Shown: positions 39,401 to 53,586, numbered from the whole stretch's first letter. The stretch is 63,874 nucleotides of DNA, filler included, from Octopus bimaculoides (GCF_001194135.2; 8 parts of 8 records of this genome joined end to end with filler, not necessarily neighbours in it); one strand, 5' to 3'. Notes: generated by a model from the sequence alone, not told the origin. A program made the numbers and translations.

Positions 39401-40440
39401 ACAAGACCCCTTGAGTGAATGGGAGTGTAGCATTGAGGGAGTGGCTTTATGCCAGCTAATGAGAAACTAAACCATGAGAGAGGGATGGGAACAGTTGTAT
39501 TGCTGAAGGTGAGATACATGGCTATCCTGGTTGGAAAGGGAGAAAAGAGATGGTGGTGATACAGCAACATTCGTCCTAAACCAGGACTGCCATGTTATGT
39601 TGCCAAACAAGCTTTACTACGGATGTAATTTGTTTGAAACTAAGAAAAGATGGCAAAGGACTGAAATGGCTGGTGATATGCAGTTCTCAAGGGGACATGC
39701 CCACCTTGCAGTAGCTGAGATTCTGGAAGCATAATATGTATATGTTCACGCAGATGCACCCCCTCCCACCCACCTAATTTCCTCTTCAAGACATTCCCAC
39801 CACTCTTCATCTCTCTAACTACAGTATTCTGCTGCTGTAATTAAATGCAAGCAGAGCTGCATATATCACCAGCTTAGATGGGAGGGTTACTGTCGAAGAT
39901 TGTGTGCATGTGTGTGTGTGTGTGTGTGTGCGTGTGTGTGTGCGTGTGTGTGTGTGTGTGCGTGTGTGTGAGTGGGAGCTCTTGTATGTATGTGTATGCA
40001 TGTATGTATATGTATACGTGTGTGTGTGGATTCATGTATATGAGTATGTATGTGTGTATATATGAGTGCACATATATATGTATGTTATGTTTGTGTGTGT
40101 GTGTGCATGTGCATGTATATATGTGTGCATGTATGTATATGCACATGTATGTGTGTGCATGTATATATATGAGTGTACATGTGAGTGCCTGTGCATGTAT
40201 GTTTCCATANNNNNNNNNNNNNNNNNNNNNNNNNNNNNNNNNNNNNNNNNNNNNNNNNNNNNNNNNNNNNNNNNNNNNNNNNNNNNNNNNNNNNNNNNNN
40301 NNNNNNNNNNNNNNNNNNNNNNNNNNNNNNNNNNNNNNNNNNNNNNNNNNNNNNNNNNNNNNNNNNNNNNNNNNNNNNNNNNNNNNNNNNNNNNNNNNNN
40401 NNNNNNNNNNTAAAAGAATAAAAGAATATATATACACACA

Positions 40441-40853
40441 GGTGCTAGAGTGACTGTGTGGTAAGTAGCTTGCCTACCAACCACATGGTCCTGGGTTCAG
40501 TCCCACTGCATGGCAGCTTGGGCAAGTGTCTTCTACTATAGCCGTGGGTCGGCCAAAGCCTTGTGAGTGGATCTGGTAGACGGAAACTGAAAGAAGCTTA
40601 TCGTGTGTGTGTGTGTGTGTCTATGTCTGTGTGTGTCTATGTCTGTGTGTGTATGTTTGTGTGTGTCTGTATTATCCCCTCTCCCCCTACATTGCTTGAC
40701 AACTGGTGTTGGTGTGTTTACGTCCCCGTAACTTAGCGGTTCGGCAAAAGAGACCGGTAGAATAAGTACTAGGCTTACAAAAGAATAAGTCCTGCTCGAC
40801 TAAAGGCGGTGCTCCAGCATGGCTGCAGTCAAATGACTGAAACAAGTAAAAGA
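40441..40853 (+). mobile_element. Full-length OK-like SINE with an internal (TG)-rich microsatellite
   Basis: tRNA-like head (gtggtaagtag..gggttcagtccc), internal TG tract at ~40603-40670, tail ending aacaagtaaaaga. Confidence 0.88.
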
Positions 40854-41506
40854 ATATATATATACATATAGTGTATATATGCATACATAAATGAGTGTGT
40901 GTGTCACTTTTAATCGATTGATGTCCAAAGTTCCCGAATGGCTGAGACTTTCATGTTACGCACTAATAAAACTTCGATAAGTAACAGACACATATGTACA
41001 TTTACACTCACACTCACATACACACACACACATTTACTCTTATACAGATTGTAGTAGGTATGTGACTACTATTATATCTATCATCTCCTCTCTGTCTGTC
41101 TCTTTCTCTCACTCTCTCTCTTTCTGTCTCTCTGTCTCTGTCTGTCTCTCTGTATGTGTACGTATATATATATGTATATATATATGAAAGATGATAGACC
41201 TGCCTAAATTATTGTGCAAAGCTTGATTTTGTCTCCCACAAAATCTTTCTCTGCTTTTACACTTAGTTATGTCCCCTGTAACCAATTCTCATCTCTGAAA
41301 CTTGTCTTTTTCCCGCCATCAAATAGTTTTAGCATGTGGCAGTCTCTGGCACAATATAGAATATGAACACACACGCGCACACATACACACACACACACAC
41401 ACACACATACACGCACACATACACATGAACACACACACATACATGTAAATAGATATACATACATACATATGTTTATCTGTCTGTCTGTCTCTCTCTCTGT
41501 ATATAC

Positions 41507-41565
<59 letters not shown>

Positions 41566-42463
41566 NNNNNNNNNNNNNNNNNNNNNNNNNNNNNNNNNNN
41601 NNNNNNNNNNNNNNNNNNNNNNNNNNNNNNNNNNNNNNNNNNNNNNNNNNNNNNNNNNNNNNNNNNNNNNNNNNNNNNNNNNNNNNNNNNNNNNNNNNNN
41701 NNNNNNNNNNNNNNNNNNNNNNNNNNNNNNNNNNNNNNNNNNNNNNNNNNNNNNNNNNNNNNNNNNNNNNNNNNNNNNNNNNNNNNNNNNNNNNNNNNNN
41801 NNNNNNNNNNNNNNNNNNNNNNNNNNNNNNNNNNNNNNNNNNNNNNNNNNNNNNNNNNNNNNNNNNNNNNNNNNNNNNNNNNNNNNNNNNNNNNNNNNNN
41901 NNNNNNNNNNNNNNNNNNNNNNNNNNNNNNNNNNNNNNNNNNNNNNNNNNNNNNNNNNNNNNNNNNNNNNNNNNNNNNNNNNNNNNNNNNNNNNNNNNNN
42001 NNNNNNNNNNNNNNNNNNNNNNNNNNNNNNNNNNNNNNNNNNNNNNNNNNNNNNNNNNNNNNNNNNNNNNNNNNNNNNNNNNNNNNNNNNNNNNNNNNNN
42101 NNNNNNNNNNNNNNNNNNNNNNNNNNNNNNNNNNNNNNNNNNNNNNNNNNNNNNNNNNNNNNNNNNNNNNNNNNNNNNNNNNNNNNNNNNNNNNNNNNNN
42201 NNNNNNNNNNNNNNNNNNNNNNNNNNNNNNNNNNNNNNNNNNNNNNNNNNNNNNNNNNNNNNNNNNNNNNNNNNNNNNNNNNNNNNNNNNNNNNNNNNNN
42301 NNNNNNNNNNNNNNNNNNNNNNNNNNNNNNNNNNNNNNNNNNNNNNNNNNNNNNNNNNNNNNNNNNNNNNNNNNNNNNNNNNNNNNNNNNNNNNNNNNNN
42401 NNNNNNNNNNNNNNNNNNNNNNNNNNNNNNNNNNNNNNATATATATATATATATACATATATA

Positions 42464-42965
42464 CGACGGGCTTCTTTCAGTTTCCATCTACCAAATCCAC
42501 TCACAAGGCTATAGGCTATAGTATAAGACACTTGCCCATGGTTCCACACAGTGGATCTGAACCCGGAACCATGTGGTTCATAAGCATGCTACTTACCACA
42601 CAGTCACTCCTATGCATACACACACACATATATATATGACAGGCTTCTTTCAGTTTCCTTCTACCAAATCCACTTAAAAGTCTTTGGTCAGCCCAAGGCT
42701 ATAGCAGAAAACACTTGCCCAAGGTACCACACAGTGGGACTGAACCCAGAACCATGTGGTTGGGAAGCAAGCTTCTTAACACACACACACATATATACAT
42801 AGGTGCAGATGTGGCTGCATGATAAGAAGCTTGCTGCCCAACCACATGGTTCTGGGTTCAGTCCCACTGTGTGACACCTTTGGCGAGTGTCTTCTACTAT
42901 AGCCTCAGGCCGACCAAAGCCTTATGAATGGATTTGGGCGACGGAAACTGAAAGAAGCCTGTTGT
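42464..42965. mobile_element. Cluster of three OK-like SINE 5' halves (-,-,+)
   Basis: 42464-42612 (-), 42638-42790 (-) and 42801-42965 (+); the last two are head-to-head inverted. Confidence 0.82.
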
Positions 42966-43451
42966 ATATATGTATGTATGATGATGACGATATATATATA
43001 ATATAAATGAAAATGCATTAAATACTACAAAACATACATGCAGGACAGATACCAGGACCCTAATTGTTCATTAGTTATTGACTGAAAAATACTAACACCT
43101 TGTTTTATGCCTTTAACGATAAGGCTAGGAATTTTATATATCAGCAGCACCTGCAAGATTTGCAGAGAATTAGGGCCCAAGCAAACGAAATAATACAGGG
43201 TGAACGTACGAAAGTAAAGAGCAGTAATTTGAAACGGTAGACAAAGACAATAATTGAATAAATGAAGTGTTTGGGCCAAATACGAGAATGATGGATTAAT
43301 GACTGAGAGGAATCCTCAAATGGATATAAAGAACAGAACTGAGAAGAGGGGAGAAAAAAGGTTGACCAGTGGCAAAAAGGCGGAAGATAGAAAATCAGTT
43401 ACTAGTCATGTCTGAGAAGCAGATAGAAGGGAAGGAGGGGTATATATATAT

Positions 43452-44967
43452 ATCACCAACACAACAACTAAGCTACTTTATAGATGTACTCCTCAAACCT
43501 TTATGCCCACTGATACCAAGCTACATAAGGGATGACATAGACTTTCTCACACACATTCCAGATACGGTTCCAGAAACACCATACTTGCAAGCTTCGATGT
43601 CACAAACTTATACATGAACATACCACACACCCTGGGTCTAGAGGTGATAAAACACTTGGTAGAAAACTACAGGGGATTCATAGATAAATGCTTCAAAACA
43701 GACTTTATCACCAAAGCCACCCAATTAATACTTCAAGAAAACACATTCACATTTAACAAGACATACCAATAGATAAAGGGCACGGCTATGGGTACGAAAT
43801 TCACACCTTCATATGCCAACCTGGTTACGGGTTTCCTGGAGAACAAACTATATGAGGAAATAGAGAAAATCTTCAAACACGACTTCAGAGAAGACATCAA
43901 GAAAAAGTGGAAATGCTACCTCGATGACTGTTTCATCTTTTGGAACAGATCAGAAGATCTATGAACATTCCACAACATCCTCAACACACTGCACCCATCT
44001 GTCAACTTTATGACAGAAACCAGCTATAACGAACTCCCCTTCCTAGACATCAACATCAAGATACACAACTCCATTGTCACAACAGATATCTACGACAAAA
44101 AAACCAATGCACTAATATTTAAATTTCTACTCCTGCCACCCATCCCACATAAAAAGAAACATTCCATATAGTATGGCAAGACGTATATGCAGCATAGTGG
44201 CCGACTCACAAACACGTCAAATAAGACTAGATGAACTTAAAAACTTCCTACTAGAACAGAAATACCCACTCAGATTAATAGAAAACGGAATCGCAAGAGC
44301 AATGAAACTGGACATCACACAACTCAGAACTCCAAAAAAGAAAAGCAAAGAAAACATCATTCCTTTCATAAACACACACAACCCTGGAGTTACCAACATG
44401 TTTCAAATTATGCAATTAAACTTACCAATAGTCCTACAAAGCCCCCAAATGGGAAACTTACTAAACAAATACTGCAAAAGAAACAGTAAACACCAAGAGA
44501 AAAACTTGAAAGAACAACTGACAAGAGCAAAATTGTCGTCAGAGAATGAAACCGAATTCTTTAAGAAAGAATGTGGAGATGGTAGATGTGGGATCTGCAG
44601 TAACCCCATCTACAAATATATAGAGGAAAACAGCCAAATAAAATTTAAGAGTGGACACACATTCAAAGCAAAAGCAAACATGAATTGCAAGACACAAAAC
44701 TTAATATATTGCATAACCTGTCCCACATGCAAGGAGAACTATATCGGTGAAACTGGCAATTCTTTATGCCAACGAGCCAGAATTCACCGACAACACATCC
44801 GACAGGGAGAGCTACAAAAAATTCCACTAAGTAAACACTTAGAAATATGTGGAGAAGGAAGATTCAAGATCTTTCCCTTCTATAAATGCCCAAGGAATGA
44901 CACCTTCTTCAGAAAATATATGGAACAACACTTCATGACAAAATTCTCGCCCAAACTGAATGGCTGA
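43452..44967 (+). mobile_element. Penelope-like element (Neptune-type) RT + GIY-YIG, 5'-truncated pseudogene
   Basis: LSYFID.LLKP, SFDVTNLY.NIPH.LG, GTAMGTKFTPSYANL, YLDD, LPFLDI, then NLIYCITCPTCKENYIGETG..R..H (Cys-containing linker and GIY-YIG); a few frameshifts and stops. Confidence 0.93.
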
Positions 44968-46689
44968 AAATATGAAAATCACATCAACTTCCTTATAAAC
45001 CCATCTGGAACCCTAAGATATATGCATATGTGTGTGTGCGTATGTATATAGATAAACGGAGACATTCTTGCATCCAGATTTTCCAACCCATACCAGCATG
45101 GGAATCGAACTTTGGACAATGATGATGATGATGATAATAAGTCCAGACAATTTTTTAAAAAATAACTTTCATTATTCCTCATCAAAACAGACTCCCTTCC
45201 TTAGAGTAACCACCTCCTCTTGCCATTTTTACAGACTAAGAATCAACTTGTCATCTTCTATTGAAAGAACTGACCAACTGTATAGATATAAACCCATTTT
45301 TGTTCTTCTTTCTTCCTTTCTTTCCTTCTCTTTTCCATTGACATTAAGACAAAACATATTTTATCACATTGAAAACATTTTTCTTTCAGATCCCCTGGTG
45401 AGATGGCTGAACCAAAGTAAGCATCTGTTCTAGCCACCTACTTAAAAATATATATTCTTTTTCTTTGTCTCTTGTTCAAAACACTTCCTTTCAGATACAC
45501 AGGCACACACATACACGCACGCATACACACACAAACACACACACTCTCTCTTACTTTCTCCCTCCACTATCTCCCCATTCCTCTCCCTCTTTTCCTACCC
45601 TATACACTCCACATTACTCTTCTTCCCCCCCCTCTCTCTCCACCGCAACCCACTCACTAATACTATAAAAAGAGACAAATCCCTTCACAAAATTTAAATC
45701 TGAAGAATCTATTAGAGTAGATGAAAGCACTTGTATATGAGTTGTAATAACACATGGCATGTTAATAAATATTTGCATATGTACAACCATCCAGATCTCT
45801 GAGTACCTTATTTTTTTCTAATATATATATATATATATATACATAAATATTATAATGTTAGGGAATTACAAAATCCGAACTTACAAGGAAATACAATTTA
45901 ATAATTCAATAATATCAAATTGAGTTATATAATGAAAAATATTTTAATAATTTAGAGAAGAACCACCATGGTGCAACTCACATAATGAAGGAGATCAGAC
46001 ACCATCAAGAAAAGCATACTCTACAAAATACTAGTCTAAAAATCTAAAAAAATCCAAGAGAAAATTTGTAATCCATAAAATCTATGAAATATTGGACTAA
46101 AAATTTTAATCAGTTTAGTAAATTTATAAAAACGAAAGTGAATGAAAAACTACATGCGTTTCATGGCCACATAAAAGTGGAAAATATCTGGTCAATCTAC
46201 AATGAATCGATCAAGATAAATACCACTCATAATGAGGACACTCTTCAGGTCAAGTAGCTGCAAAAGACGTATCATAATATTTGAAAATGCAATAAAATAA
46301 AAGAAGTAAAAAATCTGTACGTTTAAGCAAAATTTAGTACAAAAAAAGTGTGAAGATTTTATAATAATAAAAATCATAATAACAATAAATATCTGTCAAG
46401 TTCAAGGCATAAAACGTCTATTGGAGAAATAATTCCTGTAGATTAGGAAAAAGAAAGCATATATAAACATAGTGTGATTAACTATTAAATGGATTAAGAT
46501 ATTCAAGAGTATTAGGAAAAATAACAACATCACTTAACTTAACAAATGATTCTTTGTTGACAGTCAATGTCTTTATGGCAGACTTCCAAAGTTTAATGTA
46601 AAATTTCATGTTGGCTCTTGGTTTCTGTCCATGACAAAAATCGCAGGCCACAACATACATGTGATCACAAAAACATAAATTTTACACCA

Positions 46690-47080
46690 GGTCAGCCCGA
46701 CTGGTGGCACATAAAAAGCACCATCTGAATGTGGTCAATGCCAGGTCTACCTGACTTGCTCCCATGCCAGTGGCATGTAAAAACCACCAACAGTACATGG
46801 CTGATGCCAGTGCCCCTGAGTGGCCCCTGTGCCAGAAACATGTAAAAAGCACTATCTGAACGTGATTGATGCCAGGCCCGCGTGACTGGCTCCTGTGCCG
46901 GTGGCACATAAGAAATACCCACTACACTCTCAGAGTGGTTAGCGTTAGGAAGGGCATCCAGCTGTAGAAGCATTGCCAGATCAGATTGGAGGCTGGTGCA
47001 GCCTCCTGGCTTGCCTGCCCTCAGTCAAACTGTCCAACCCATGCCAGCATGGAAAGCGGACATTAAACGATGATGATGAT
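46690..47080 (+). mobile_element. (GAT)n-tailed dispersed repeat with internal ~60-bp subrepeats
   Basis: Repeated ggca(c)at(g)taaaaagcac..tgccagg units, then the same tail as 38209. Confidence 0.72.
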
Positions 47081-47558
47081 GTGAAGTAAACACAATGATG
47101 TCAGTTGGCACATTGCCTTGTGAAGATCACTGTTAACACTCACTGCTCACACAACTGTGTGCCGCCATCTGTTGGTGTGCAACTGAATTAGTCCGGGAAC
47201 TTTTTGATATCATTTCGCATATATTAACATGTGCAACTGTTAATCCAGACATGATTTTTCTCTCCATTTTTTACCTCTCTCCACTTTTTTCTCTCCATAT
47301 TTTTTTCATTAGAAGAGTCTAGTCTCAACACATAAAAAACATTTCTTATTTTTCCTGCGTGTCAAACTAATACACCTTTGTTATTCTCTCACCTGTCTCT
47401 GTCTGTTATATATTGCTTTTTGCATAATTTCAAACTATATATATATATATATATATATNNNNNNNNNNNNNNNNNNNNNNNNNNNNNNNNNNNNNNNNNN
47501 NNTTAATTAATTAANNNNNNNNNNNNNNNNNNNNNNNNNNNNNNNNNNNNNNNNNNNN

Positions 47559-47589
47559 GAAGTGAAAGCACGTTATAAAAATAAAACTA

Positions 47590-47595
<6 letters not shown>
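47559..47595 (+). mobile_element. RLE LINE extreme 3' end followed by (TAA)n(GAA)n
   Basis: gaagtgaaagcacgttataaaaataaaactactga identical to 32783-32817. Confidence 0.85.
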
Positions 47596-47661
<66 letters not shown>

Positions 47662-47669
47662 AAGAAGAA

Positions 47670-47815
47670 GAATTTTGGCTCCTGGCCAGAAATTTCGTGG
47701 GTGGGGGACTAAGTCGATTACATCGATTATACTGTTCAGCTGCTACTTATTTTATCGGCACCGTAGGGATGAAACGTAAAGTAGTCGACCTCGGCAGAAT
47801 TTGAACTCAGAACAT
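47670..47815 (-). mobile_element. OR2-like SINE fragment, diverged
   Basis: aagtcgattacatcga..gggatgaaa..gtcgacctcggcagaatttgaactcagaac. Confidence 0.65.
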
Positions 47816-47853
47816 AAAGGTGGTGGTGGTGTTGGTGGTGGTGGTGGTGGTGG

Positions 47854-47899
<46 letters not shown>

Positions 47900-48337
47900 G
47901 GAAAAGAAAAGACGATTAGTTGTCGATAATATTGAAAATGATGGTGATGACAACGGCGACGACACGAGGATGATGACGATGGTGGTGGTTGTGGTGGTGG
48001 TGGTGATGACGATGACGGTGACGATCAAGCTGACGTTTAAGTAGAATAGTGCATGTTCTGAAATGTAAACCATTTAAGCTGTGACATTTTCTAAAATCCC
48101 AGCACAGAATGAGTAACTATATTGTCACATCAGCTTGATTATCACATTAACCACCTTGTCACTGCAACTACATTATCACTTCAATCACATTATCACATCA
48201 ACCCCATTATCATCTCGACCATACTGTCACTTTCACTATACTACCAACGTTAACCAAAATACATAACATTAATGCAGTCCTTCCCTGGAAGTGTAACGGA
48301 GGCCCCTAGAGCTAGTCCCTTTAATGTCTTGGTGTCA

Positions 48338-48720
48338 TTTGTTGGCACTCCATTGGTTACGACTACGAGGGTTCCAGTTGATCCGATTAACGGAACAGCC
48401 TGCTCGTGAAATTAACGTGCATGTGGATGAGCACTCCACAGACACGTGTACCCTTAACGTAGTTCTCGAGGAGATTCAGCGTGACACAGAGTGTGACAAG
48501 GCAGACCTTTTGAATTACAGGCACAACAGAAACAGGAAGATAGAGTGAGAGAAAGTTGTGGTGAAAGAATACAGCAGGATTCGCCACTATACCCTGCCGG
48601 AGCCTCGTGGAGCTTTAGGTGTTTTCGCTCAAGAAACATTCACAACGCCCGGTCTGGGAATCGAAACCGCGATTATACGACCGTGAGTCCGCTGCCCTAA
48701 CCACTGGGCCATTGCACCTC
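48338..48720 (-). mobile_element. Full-length OR1-like SINE
   Basis: Reverse complement of the 31593 head through the tail ..ggagtgccaacaaa. Confidence 0.88.
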
Positions 48721-50024
48721 AACCTTGGTATCATACTATACAGCAGAAGACTGTGATCATTTACTGAGGCAATTATGGCCATCATCAATTGACTTAGTGG
48801 CCATGATTTCAACCTTTTTGTTTGGGATCTCTCTTCAATTATCTTAAATAGTCTGAGGAAGGACGCGGTGTTGACCAATCAACGCACTGCATCAGTAAAG
48901 CTCTCGACCTTTGATATTTTTTAATGATATGAAAATAAGCAAACCCTCTAACCCTATCTGTTTTGGCCTCACATCATCAGTATCCGCTTTTCCTGTCCAA
49001 ATCTGAAGGCATAAATATCACTTACGACAGAAACGGTTTCTACGCCGATTTCATCAAGGGGCAGGTGACACCGAAACAAACGTTTGCTCTTCCCATCGAT
49101 TCACATCTCCTTTCGCCTGCTACTCAATGGAACGTTGAATACAAGCTCCACCAACTCGAAAGCTAATGATCCGACTGCATATGATTCGTGCGCCTTTTCC
49201 CTCTTGAAGAACTGTATTGCAGTTATAATATTGTTATACATCTTTCGTAATGCCCCTTCTTACAACCAGAAGCCTCACGTCACCAAGTTGGAAATTTCTA
49301 TCTTGTTCAGTATGAAAATACATTTCAGATAAATTTTGTTGATAACTTTACAATATTTGAGTAATTGCAATAAACTAGTGGTTATCAACCATTTTTTCTA
49401 TGGCCCACTTTAGTTCATATTTTATTCTGACGGATCCTCATAGTAATGCGATGTTCAAAAAATATATTCTACTTTCATAATTAAATAATATTACGAATTA
49501 TATAAAAAATGATGTTATAATACTTTGTATATTGTAGAAGTATAACCAATTTTTTTAACATAAATTTTAACAATAATTTATACGGACATGGATTCACTTC
49601 TATAGACTGTCTACTCACTGGTCCATTGGAAGTTGATAAGATATATACCAGCGATAGACTTCAGTATATTCAACGAACTCTATACTTTCAGTTCGAAAAA
49701 AAAAAAAAAAGATTAATTTTCTACCTATTAACAGAAAAAAACATCAATGTATTCAGAATGCATTAAGAAGAAATTTGTAATTCGTATTTCTTTTTTAGAT
49801 TGATTTCTTTTAATTTTCAATCTTCCTTCGTCCGTGTTATTTTGACAACACCAGTTCTTTAGAAATCTTTCTGCAAAAAAAAAAAATTAATAAATAATAA
49901 TAAAAGAGAAAGAGAAGGATGGAGGGAAAGATTGAGAGAAAGAAAAAAATTGGTGTAGGAATAGAGAGAGACAGAGACAAAAATTGGGGAAGAAATAGAG
50001 AAAAGAGAATGAAAAAAGATCTAT

Positions 50025-50112
<88 letters not shown>

Positions 50113-52748
50113 AGAATGGCGAAAATATGTTTTTCGTTTTCTGACATGGCATGACATCCTTCAATGATGGCATTGAGCGCATAATACTTATTATTGTACA
50201 TATTTACAACTACGGCAGGTCTTAGGACTGTTTTCGTAAATCTTTTTGTTTTTTTCCCCCCTTCCTAAAGACTTCCACTGGAATTAGGAAAGATTGATAT
50301 AAATGTCAAATTTTGGAATTTTCTTCTGTCATATTAGGTGATAGAAGAGAGAAAAATCAGAAATAGAATTATTGCACTTGGACTTTCTTTCAGAAAAGGT
50401 AAATGTGAAATTTATTATGGTGCAAAGGAAAAATTCTATAACTAGTCTAATACATTTAGCTTGTAAGGGATCTTACTGAAAGGATGTATAACTGCAGGAA
50501 CTTTCAATAATTGGGCAGTACATATGATGATAGATTACATAGTAAAGCAAGGGAAGAAGTTATGGACAATTTCTATTATTAGATGAACTACTACGAGAAT
50601 CGTTCGTACGTGGGGCAAAATAATTAGCAGTATGTTTTTCGGCGTCTTACGCTCTGAGTTCAAATTTCGGCGAGATTGAGTTTGCTTTTCAGCTTTCCAA
50701 AACCGATAAAATAAAGTAGCTGTGTAACTATTCATACAAGCGCAGAAACAGTGACGTCATTTCCTACCCAAACAAATTTGCCCATGAGACATTAGTTTCG
50801 ACGTATTTCGTATACAAGTGAAAGTCTGTGCAAGTCAAAAGGAACAAATATCACAAGGAATTTACGTTCGAAAACACTGGTTAACAGTTTTCATGCTGAT
50901 TTTTATATCCTTTATTTCCAAAATCATTAGAGCGTCAGACAAAAATACCTGCAGTATTAAGTTATAGCTTATAACGTTCTGAGTTCATATCTCACCGAGG
51001 AGAGCTTTACCTCCTCTTCTGAGGTCAATAAAATAAAGTACTGAAACTTGTCTCTATAATGTACTTCAGATTTGCCTGTCACTTGCTTGACCTTAACCAG
51101 ATGAGCATGTTCCTTGATGGCTGTCGATATGTACATCTCTGATCATGAGTAGAAATAGTGAGGGAGCATCATAGCCATGTATTGAGAGGAATTTTGCTGG
51201 GTTTGAATAATTCACCTTTGGAAATGTGGGTGTTTCGTACAACATCCTTAAACAAGCCTTATTCAGAAACCTTTTGAGTAGTATGGGCTACTCGACCTGA
51301 TGAAAATTCTAACTGAGCCCCAATTGCAAGATCATGCTCTGTTTATCTTGATACCAGATCACCATGTTGTGCACATGTGGTTGTGATGCATGTATCTGAT
51401 GTACCGTTATCAGACTCGTAGTCATGATGGGTATACTGGGTTTCGCATATTTTACCCTAGTGTTACTTTGATGGAATGTATTGCTCTCTCATTCGATAAT
51501 GATAAAAGCATTTATGCACAAGCAGTATTTGTTCGAAGATCTAAGACAAAGTTCATGTATCTGGACAACACTGTGCAGTGCCTATGCTTTAGAAAGTAAA
51601 CAAATTTGAATACGTCTAGTAATATCCTCTTTGCATACAGGAACATAAATAGATTATCCAGGTATGTTTCATGGGTGCAGGCAACACTTCAGGGAGCAAT
51701 CATACCACACTCTTCGGGAGATAACCATCCCTTACCCTTCTGTTTATGAAGATTAATTCATTGCAATCGCTCTCTAAAGCAGTCACAAGCTGGCTCTTAA
51801 CTGAAATGGCTGGAGTAATTTGCGTATCGTACTTGAATCGGCAATGTGATTACATAGTTAACAGCCATTTCTACGCAGAGTGAGTATTAGAAAATCTATG
51901 AGAAATGCATTGTAGTTAAACTAAGCTGAGATAAATCTAAAATAAATTTAATATAGTTAGTCTGCAAAGCCTACACTGTAGAAAGTAAACAAATGTGGCG
52001 GCATTTAATTATTCCCTTTGCACACACCAAAACTATTTTTTTAGTGCAAAGAGAATACAAGCTGTATTCTCATATGTTTACTTTCAACAGCACAGACATT
52101 ACAAACTTTAGTGTAACTAAATTTATCTTAGATTTTCTAATACATGTTGTGCATAAAAAGATTACTTATTTAATTACGCCGGCAACTAATGCATGACAGG
52201 CAAATTATATTGCAATGAAAATAACTTATCAAATCTGGCATGAAGCATTAACTAGCTATTATTTCCTTAAAAAATATACTGCAATCAACTTTGGGACACC
52301 GAAAACATCAACAGATTACATTTGTGTGACATAATCAAAACGTTGAATGAAAAAACACAAGAAGCTCAGAAACATCGATTTTAATACATACTTTTTTTTA
52401 AATGTTTATAGAAATCTTGGTAAGGAGCCTATGTTTAGTCTTATGCAGTCGTGGCATCTGCTAAATATATCAACTAAATGTTCCTCTGTTGAGTGAAATG
52501 ACGCAGAGAATGTCATCATACAAAACTGATGGAATGATCATCACTTGAACGGCTTTCATTATATGTTTTCAAGATCAGGTAAGACTTTGGTTTAGACAAA
52601 AAAAAAAAAAAAGAACAGGTATACAAATGTTAATAAAATGTTGATAACACAACATGCATGTGTTAAAAATTGTTATTAAGTCCTTCATGAATGGATTCTT
52701 ATATGAATGCTCACCGTTCATATTGGTACGCTTTAGGAAGATGGCAGG

Positions 52749-52900
52749 CTAGGAATAAAAAATAAAAGAGTCCACAAAATCTGTCATTTCAGCACCATTA
52801 TAGTTTCTCATAGCGACGTCGGACACTTTCCTCTTGAACCAGTAAGAGCTGTCGTGGTACAATAGTGACTTCTGAGCTTCCATTATGATGCCGGTATCTA
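52749..52900 (-). mobile_element. Penelope-like RT fragment (second subfamily)
   Basis: IIMEAQKSLLYHDSSYWFKRK..DVAMRNYNGAEMTDFV resembles the PLE RT motif II..ARKSLLF....W.KK..DV.MGSYDGAE.CELVG (from recall). Confidence 0.6.
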
Positions 52901-53081
52901 GATAAGTGAATGGGGAGAGTTTGCAGGTCGTGGGACTTGGATATAGATTTAATGCCAATCCACAATAAAACCTCATTGTGTAAAACTTAAGTGTGAAACT
53001 GTATATTATGAAGTGAGTTCCTTGTTTTCCTAATACACATACATCTCTCTTGTTTTCCCAATATACATACATATCTCTCTT

Positions 53082-53114
<33 letters not shown>

Positions 53115-53530
53115 NNNNNNNNNNNNNNNNNNNNNNNNNNNNNNNNNNNNNNNNNNNNTTAATTAATTAANNNNNNNNNNNNNNNNNNNNNNNNNNNNNN
53201 NNNNNNNNNNNNNNATATATATATATATTTATATATATATATATATATATGTCCCTTCTTAGGTCACTAGATGTGCTTTTGAACGTTTAATTTTTAATTG
53301 TTGATATGATTGTCATATGTGCTTGTATATTGTCGTCATTATCCTTTTGGTTGGAAAATAAACAGGTTAATTAACATAGTACAGTGTCTGCAAGTTGATG
53401 AGTACCACTTATTCTCCTGCATTTTCTTATTGATATGTATATGTGTACATATGTATGTATATATGTATATACATATATATGTATATATGTATGCATATAT
53501 ATACGAATGCATGCATGTATATATATATAT

Positions 53531-53586
<56 letters not shown>

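Noticed and set aside
45390-45425. ctggtgagatggctgaaccaaag downstream of the PLE as a hammerhead
   Set aside because: Both core boxes are damaged, so it cannot be supported from one copy.
46478-46660. ORF KPRANMKFYIKLWKSAIK..
   Set aside because: No motif and no convincing splice pair.
48963-49332. Unique, GC-balanced segment with short ORFs on both strands
   Set aside because: No frame gives a recognisable protein; probably old TE debris, and it needs a BLASTX.
51066-51445. Segment resembling a common octopus interspersed repeat
   Set aside because: Only one copy in the window and no diagnostic termini, so I could not classify it.
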